Assembly (NCBI GenBank): GCA_963837175.1
Contig: CAWIMJ010000005.1
Coordinates: 12,807-76,806 of the forward strand
Reading direction: 5' to 3'
DNA length: 64,000 nt
From: an uncultured Nitrososphaeraceae archaeon
Lineage (GTDB): Archaea; Thermoproteota; Nitrososphaeria; Nitrososphaerales; Nitrososphaeraceae
The notes beneath the pieces are model-generated. The model was not told where the DNA came from, made no database searches, and saw nothing but the letters and a program-made list of their open reading frames with translations. The stretch's first letter is position 1, and each line of letters begins with the position of its first letter. Shown here piece by piece: positions 57,001 to 64,000 of this stretch. The translations under genes and the position numbers were made by a program.

Positions 57001-57786
57001 ATGATAACTGTAACTAGTAAATGGCTTGTAGATCACCTTGATGACCCTAATCTAGTAATTATAGATGCTAGAGGAAGTATGCCCTATAGATTAGGCCATA
57101 TTAAAAATGCAAGATATCTTGGAATAGAAAAAGTAATTTCACTTGCCGATAATGGAGCCAATTTGGTATTAGATAGCTCACTTGCAGAAGACCTTTTTAG
57201 CAATTTGGGCATAGACGATTCTAAAATGGTGGTAGTTTACGGTGAATATATGGATCCTTCATCAGCAAGAATAGCATGGACTTTAATGTATCATGGTCAT
57301 CCAAATACTAAGCTCTTAGATATTGGATTTGACATGTGGCAAAAAGAAGGATTAGCGATTTCACACGGTGCTCGATCTAATATTAATACTAATATGAATA
57401 TCCCTGTCAAATTTAAATCTAAACTAGATCATTCAATTAGAGCAGATTCGGCTATGATAAGGTCAAAGCAAACTGATCCAAATATTGTGATCGTTGACGC
57501 AAGAACTCCACAAGAACATATGCAAGCTAGGATACCAGGCTCCATATTACACAATTGGGATGAGGGACTTGGTAATGACGGTTTGATGTTTAAAAGTCAG
57601 GAAGAATTACAGAGAGATTTTGGGAGTAAGGGAATAACCAATAATAAAGAGATTATATGCTATTGTCACTCTGGTACACGAGCTGCGCATAAATACTTAC
57701 AGTTTAAGCAGGCGGGTTTTGATAATGTCAGACTATATGATGGCTCAATAATCGACTGGGCACAACGCCATAATGCACTGAGATAA
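57001..57786 (+). CDS. Tandem-domain rhodanese/sulfurtransferase
   Basis: IIDAR..GHI, IVDAR..RIPG, active-site YCHSGTRA and LYDGS..DW. Confidence 0.92.
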   Translation: MITVTSKWLVDHLDDPNLVIIDARGSMPYRLGHIKNARYLGIEKVISLADNGANLVLDSSLAEDLFSNLGIDDSKMVVVYGEYMDPSSARIAWTLMYHGHPNTKLLDIGFDMWQKEGLAISHGARSNINTNMNIPVKFKSKLDHSIRADSAMIRSKQTDPNIVIVDARTPQEHMQARIPGSILHNWDEGLGNDGLMFKSQEELQRDFGSKGITNNKEIICYCHSGTRAAHKYLQFKQAGFDNVRLYDGSIIDWAQRHNALR

Positions 57787-58651
57787 ATTGTTGTCCAGTT
57801 CATAAATTAATGTGAAAATATAATTTGCAGCAAGGTCCTATAACACACGATAAGAAGCCGACAAAAGTAGGAGAGAAAAGATGTAATAAAAAGGAATAAG
57901 AAGTAGAAGAAAAAAGGAATTCTTCTTCCTTCTTTTTGTTCCGTGTCAGGGAACAACCCAATAATAGATGAAAATAAGGTTAAGGAAGTGCTGATAAATT
58001 TAAATTTAACTATAATAAAGCTGAAAATGATGAAAAAAATTATTCCGAATTAGAGGTCATAGTGAGTTCTCTATACAAAATGACTAAAAAAGGAAAAAGG
58101 ACCTGATTATTAATGTTACCTTTTAATTAATCTTGTAAATTATTTTTTACTACGAGTTAATTCTTTATCGAGAGAGTCTGAAGAATCCTATTTGCTAAAT
58201 TCAATCTTTGTTTAACAGGTCATCTTCTTCATAGATGTACTAGTAAAGATGTCACTTCTTCAGTCTTCAATTTTGAAATGGCGTACTATCAATAACGATA
58301 AACGTGGAGTAGAGTTAAAATTTAGATCAAGAAAAGTAAAGTAAAGTAAAGGAGAACGAGGAAAATACAACACAAAACAATTTCATCTTTAGCTGATATC
58401 ATTGTTGATGGTGATACGCAAACCAGAAGTCTTCTACTTCTACTTCTACTTTTTCTTTATGAACGAAGAATTACTAATCAATCGACGTACGAACGTTGTA
58501 ACTCAATTTTGTGAAGATAGTGAGTTCTCAAAAGCAAAGTAGACATTTAATGGATGTAGGAGTAGTAGTAGTTGTATTAGTTATATATAATGTGAGAATA
58601 TACTTCCTCCGACTACTATATTGATGAGTAATGCTAAGCATATTATAGTAT

Positions 58652-58978
58652 ATGCAACCAGCACCCTACGCATGCAATATATGTAATATGATATTTGTCA
58701 ATTCTGAAAAACTGTTACAACATGAAATGATTGTACATGTTGATCAAATGCTTCAATGCCAATCATGTAATGAGGTTTTTACTAACAAAGAAGAATTTAA
58801 AAAACATGAAATAGAAATTCATAGCGGCTCAAAAACTAGTTCCAATCTTAGTGAGAAGCAGATGATTGCGAGTGGAGTAGGAGAAGATTTAGAATCAACA
58901 TTACTTAAAGGAGCAAATGAAGAAAAGCATGCTCGTAAGAGAACACGTGGACCATATCGAAAGTCAGCATCGAATTGA
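58652..58978 (+). CDS. Double C2H2 zinc-finger protein with a basic RTRGPYRKS tail
   Basis: CNIC..F.....L..H...H and CQSC..F.....F..H...H. Confidence 0.85.
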   Translation: MQPAPYACNICNMIFVNSEKLLQHEMIVHVDQMLQCQSCNEVFTNKEEFKKHEIEIHSGSKTSSNLSEKQMIASGVGEDLESTLLKGANEEKHARKRTRGPYRKSASN

Positions 58979-59253
58979 TGTAACTAGTCATTCATGATAC
59001 ATTAAATAAAGGTATATTCTTACGATCTAATTAAGAAAATATTGAGTTAATATTTAGAAGAAGATTATTATTTTGCTGAAATATGGTAGAAGTACATATA
59101 TTGTATAATTTGATGGCATTAGAGATCATTTCAAAGACAATATAATTTTACAAAAGAATACAGTATTTGATGACGGATTAAAATTAATCAAGATAAAACA
59201 TAAACAGTTAACACTTCTCGGAGTACTCTAAAAAATCAGACTAGAACATCTAG

Positions 59254-59754
59254 TCAGCCATGCGTAGCACCCATCTCATCAATTTTTATTTCGACATCTC
59301 CATCATATTTTGGCTTGACTGCCAATTGTGCTGGAGTATATATCAAATGTTCTTTGGTAAAAGAAGACAGTTCGTAATCATTTGTCATAAATAAAGCATA
59401 GAATGGACATGCATCAACACATAAACCACAAAATACACATTTGCCAAAGTCAATCTGTGGCATAATAGATTTCTTATTGTGTTTCCACTGTTCATTTACT
59501 TTTACCATACCAATAGCTTCTGCAATACCTTCACATGCAATTGCACATAGCTGACATCCTGTACATTTATCATGAAAAAGTATATGTCTACCACGTGTTC
59601 CTGCAATACCAACTCCACGTTTTGGATCAAACTGATATCCATCTCCAACAAACTTGAGCTTTTGTTCCGGATATCGGAAAGTAAATCTTTTGAGTATGAG
59701 ATGCTTTGAACCTGATTCTATTGCTTTAATAAATCCACTTGCTGATGATGACAT
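59254..59754 (-). CDS. nuoI: NADH-quinone oxidoreductase subunit I (stand-alone)
   Basis: T.RYPE, RGRH, CTGCQLCAIAC, CVFCGLCVDACP and LIYT. Confidence 0.88.
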   Translation of the reverse strand: MSSSASGFIKAIESGSKHLILKRFTFRYPEQKLKFVGDGYQFDPKRGVGIAGTRGRHILFHDKCTGCQLCAIACEGIAEAIGMVKVNEQWKHNKKSIMPQIDFGKCVFCGLCVDACPFYALFMTNDYELSSFTKEHLIYTPAQLAVKPKYDGDVEIKIDEMGATHG

Positions 59755-60260
59755 ATTCTATATTGTCCTCTTGTACTTATGTGTGTTAGTACTTATTATA
59801 AGCATATTAACTTATGGCAGTATCACTTTGGTCTCTTTATAGTAGAATGATGCTATATAGATGGCACCACAAGCAGCTGAAGCAGGAGTAAAGCTGAACT
59901 GACCTACTGCGTGCCATCATTCTCTTTTATTTCAATATATTAGGACAGAAATAATTCCTGAATTCATTGTCTTATACTAATCGTCATAAATATATCTCTT
60001 CAAAGAAAGGCACATACTATAATGCTGCAAGAGATTCTATTCGAAATCCACATTCTCAAGGAGGTGGATATAGCCCATATAGCAGATATTCAAAATACTA
60101 CTAGAGATTGATGCAAAACTCGATATAGCAGGAAGTCGAGACTTGCAAGCATCGACAAATATACAAATTGTTTGACTGAACAATATTACATTAGTGTTTG
60201 GAAAATATCTAGACTAACAATGATTAAGTTATAAGAGGAGTTCTGATAATTTCTCTATAT

Positions 60261-60602
60261 TTAGCCCTTCCAATTAACTACTAACTCATTAAGTTGCATA
60301 GGAGACTGAGTAATATCTAAGCCATGTGCTTTCTTCAAATGTTCACGAAACTTTGCAGCCCATGGTTCATTGGATGTTGCTAATATTTTAAATGATTGTT
60401 CAGGATCGTTAGTTTCATAACTGGCAACTGCGAAATCTCCTTGTGGTAGGTGTTGAATCCATACTTGCTCACGTGATATTCCTGCTGCTCTAAACACTGC
60501 ATCATGTTCTTTGTTGTTAACAATATTTTCTTCATTCCATTTTCTCATTAATTCTAATCCTCCAGGAAGTATAGGAGCTATAAAACAGTAATTGGCTACC
60601 AT
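60261..60602 (-). CDS. Small alpha/beta-barrel-like hypothetical protein
   Basis: APILPG...GISREQVWIQ..P.GD...F...L...HG.D. Confidence 0.75.
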   Translation of the reverse strand: MVANYCFIAPILPGGLELMRKWNEENIVNNKEHDAVFRAAGISREQVWIQHLPQGDFAVASYETNDPEQSFKILATSNEPWAAKFREHLKKAHGLDITQSPMQLNELVVNWKG

Positions 60603-60678
60603 ATGTATTGGCTTTAATTACTCTGTATCAAATAAACTTGTCTATCTTAAATTCTTTAGGTGAATATCAAAGAGATAT

Positions 60679-60840
60679 CTTGATGATGGTGGATGGGGAG
60701 ATCAAGGTGAAGAATGTGGAGGAGAAGCAGCAGACCAGATAATAACTTGGGGAGAACCAGTAGCAACCTTCAGATGGGATAATGCAAGAGATGTTGACTT
60801 CAAGAACCTTAGTGTTAGAGAAATTGAGGTTCCAGAGTAA
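60679..60840 (+). pseudogene. C-terminal remnant of a beta-sandwich secreted-protein family
   Basis: DDGGWG...CGG...QIITWG.PVATFRWD...VDFKNLSVREI, with no start codon. Confidence 0.55.
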
Positions 60841-60964
60841 GCTAATATTTCAAAAGTTGATGACTTTAACTTGATATTCCAACTTGGTTAATTAATCTAA
60901 GAATTAAGAATCATAATCTTGTATCATAGCTTTATGGACAATGTCTGTTTATCATTCATTCATT

Positions 60965-61165
60965 AATTTTGTTACTCTTGGTCATTGCCGTAAATTTCTG
61001 GTTGATTATGACATGTAGACTCTTCTGTTTTATCATATGCATCGCTTTTATGGGTTAATTCTGCCTGTTATTATTACCTGATGATGGTAACGGTAATGAT
61101 GATGTCCTAATAGCAGCTGCTGCCTATAACCTTATCTGTCAATTCTGTTGTTAAATTATTTTATG
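60965..61165 (-). pseudogene. Remnant homologous to the 3' end and downstream flank of 9083-9960
   Basis: Shared GATGATGGTAACGGTAATGAT, and ATTGC..TAAAT.TCTGGTTGAT as in 9000-9125. Confidence 0.7.
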
Positions 61166-61467
61166 AATAAGTTATCTTTCTCTTAAAATGATTCATGTTC
61201 ATATGATTAGCATATCGTCGTCGATATCACGCTCAGGTTTTTGATACATCCTAACTAGTAACGACTTCTGCTGCAGAAGTAGTGAAGAACAAAAAGTTGA
61301 CTTCTTTACGTCTCACACGATTTGTAGATGATCAGAATCAGGATGAGGTTAACCCAACCACACCTTTTATTTCTTTATTGAGTTAATTTGCCCTAGTTCG
61401 TACCTTTACCCCGTCCCACACTTAAGTCATAGTAATAGAGTTAAGACAGAGACTCGTTATTCTACAA

Positions 61468-62054
61468 ATGGCAAATAACAAAAGGGAGTTGAGAAAGTTA
61501 AGACTGCAGGTGCAAATGTCCGTAGATGGCTCGCATTGCTGGGCCAAACGGTGAAATGGACTGGATGGTCGGACTCTTGGATGATGAACTCCTAAAATAT
61601 GTAAGCAAAATAACTGAGTCTGTTGACACCATTCTCCTGGGACGGAAAATGACTGATGTCTTCATCTCTTTCTGGTTAGATGTGATGAACAAACCTGATG
61701 ACCCCTGGAATGCGTTCGCTAAAAGGATGATAGAAATCCCAAAAGTTGTGTTCACTAAAAACACTGAACAAATCTAAGTGGATAAATACAGATATTGCAA
61801 CAGGCGATCTCATCGAAGAAGTTAGCAAGATGAAGAGCCAAAACGGCAGGGACATCGTCGTTTATGGTGGTGCCTCATTCGATTCTTCCTTGATTAAAGA
61901 AAAACTAATTGACGAATTTTATTTGTTTATTAATCCTGTTGCAATTGGAAACGGTATGACCATATTTAAGGACTTGAATGAGATTCGAAAATACACTCTG
62001 ATTGAATCAAAAGCGTTTGAAAGCGGTATAGTACTGCTCCGCTATGAGGCATGA
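61468..62054 (+). CDS. Dihydrofolate reductase-like (RibD C-terminal) protein, two frameshifts
   Basis: RKL.LQVQMSVDG, ILLGRK, IVVYGG and LIDE..L.INP..IG.G. Confidence 0.88.
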
Positions 62055-63051
62055 CAACAATAACGCAGACACCTTCTTTTAAAGACCTAACAAGTCCATT
62101 CGTTTATCTCATTTTCAGTTGGTAGTGATATTGGCAATGACAATCCTTGCTGTTACAATAAGGTGTCTGCCTTCTAGGCATCCTAATGACCTGACTATAC
62201 CTAGTCTACTCTTCGTCATGCTCCATGCTTAGTTCTAACCGGAAGTGCCTAATAACGAAGGCAGGTTTAGATGTTGTTACTGTAGTGAAGTCACAGTTAG
62301 CACAGGTGCTGCATTTTCTTCTAAGAAGAATTATGTATATGCAAAACTCTCAACAATGCTCATAATTCTAGATTCTACTGCTTGGTTTAGTTGTCGTCAT
62401 CATCATTATGCAATGACTAATACTTTGATGCTTCTGTAGTGATATATTCCTGTATATGGTAACGTTGACAGATATGAGCATGCAGTCTAAGAAATGAAAA
62501 CTTGTACCAGCATATTTTATGCATACAAGATCTTCTATACCTATTCGAGTACCAAGGGCTTTGATAACAATTTGTCTTTGCAGCATATTATCCATCTTAT
62601 CCACAAGAGCTATAGCTTTTGTAGTAGACTTTTCTATCCAATATTATTATTATTATGTAGATTCATACTCAACATACTTTGCAGGCATATCTTTGCCATC
62701 TTTGTCTGTATCATGATTCTATCTTCTTTGTCTTAATAAGCATGTTTTTCTTGCTATGTGCATAGTCTCTTTAAGGTATTTCCCGTCATACTTTCTACAA
62801 ACTCTCTTTTGAGTGACGCCTGACTCCCAGCTTTTCTTGATTTGCAGAGTCTACATAAATGTTAACTCATTGCTGAGCAAGTAGCTATATTCATTCAGTT
62901 AAGCCATTATAATAATATATGAAGCAGACTTGTTAAATAAGTCCATTTTCATAACTCTACCTTATGGAAAGCATAAAATATCTTATACATAAGTCAGACG
63001 CACGGCTCATCAAATCCTGTTTGTTGGAAGGAGAGGAGGAGGACTACTGAT

Positions 63052-63929
63052 ATGTCACACGTAGATGGAGTTGACGATGGCATAGGTTATGGTGTGTCTG
63101 GCAAGAGTGACGGCTGGACAGGTGTGCAAGGCCAGAGCAACAGCGGATATGGTGTGAATGGCGAGAGCAACAGCTTCCATGGTGTGGTTGGCAATAGCCA
63201 GAAGGGCGTTGGTGTGCTTGGCGGAAGCCAGAGCCACATGGTGTGGCTGGCGGCAGCGACGACGGCTATGGTGTGACTGGCAGCAGCGGCAACAGCGCTG
63301 GTCTGTATTGCCAGAGCATTAATGACTATGCTGCCATCCTAGACGGGAAAGTGAAAATAACCGGTAATCTTGAAAAAGCTGGAGGCTCATTTAAGATAGA
63401 CCATCCACTTGATCCAGCTAACAAATACCTCTGCCACTCCTTTGTAGAGTCACCAGATATGAAGAATGTATATGATGGTGTAGTAGTATTAGACCGCAAG
63501 GGTAAAGCAGAGATAGAGCTTCCAGATTGGTTTGGTATACTCAATAAGGATTTTCGCTATCAGCTTACCGCTATAGGAGCTCCTGGGCCTAATCTGTATA
63601 TTGCAGAGAAAATATCTGAGGCTACTACTAATACAAAGTACAGTAGTAGTAAAAGAAGCAGCAGCAACAAAAACAACAACAACAGTCGCTTCAAGATTGC
63701 AGGTGGTACTTCAGGTATGGAAGTCTCATGGCAGGTAACAGGTATACGTAGAGATCCTTGGGCTAATGCTAACAGGATTGAGGTCGAGGAAGATAAGCCT
63801 GCCAAGGAACGAGGCTATTACCTACATCCAGATGTTTATAATCAGCCAGACGATAAGGGAATAAGCCATCTACTCTTTCCAAAAGAAAAGCAAGAGCTGC
63901 TCGTAAATAAGAAGAAGACCAACTTGTAG
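63052..63929 (+). CDS. Gly-rich GV.G.S repeat protein with a C-terminal FKIDHP domain (adhesin/tail-fibre-associated), frameshift near 63237
   Basis: About 8 eleven-residue G.GV.G.S repeats, then GGSFKIDHPLDPANKYL.HSFVESP...FRYQLTAIG...SWQVTG.R. Confidence 0.75.
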
Positions 63930-64000
63930 TTCATCTTTGAGTTGAATTGAAATGTATATTTATTTACCCTCTCTGATTTTCTTTTTCCTTCTCGTGAATG

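Noticed and set aside
62245-62790. Overlapping short ORFs on both strands
   Set aside because: Low-complexity and interrupted; at most a decayed Cys-rich gene.

Overview
AT-rich archaeal DNA of low coding density. The gene content (CdvB/ESCRT-III paralogue, DnaJ-ferredoxin, thaumarchaeal-type NuoI, AN1-zinc-finger M50 protease, MEDS, DUF1059, C2H2 proteins) points to a soil ammonia-oxidising archaeon of the Nitrososphaeraceae; this is inferred from family recognition, not from a search. Bases 1 to about 19 kb form an accessory or mobile island: a P-loop ATPase, AbrB and Zn-ribbon module, IS6 elements and remnants, a GC-rich BNR beta-propeller gene fused to a duplicated low-GC domain, a MazG-like protein, a bPH-ClpN-KAP NTPase and a pentapeptide-repeat protein. 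The rest is scattered single genes, pseudogene scraps and more IS6 copies, one with an 8-bp target duplication. Many genes are broken by single-base indels, several at homopolymers, which probably reflects long-read error. The most notable items are a eukaryote-type (Png1/NGLY1-like) peptide:N-glycanase, a helically phased repeat array upstream of an HTH/coiled-coil gene, the KAP NTPase architecture and the chimeric BNR gene. I saw no tRNA, rRNA or CRISPR array.
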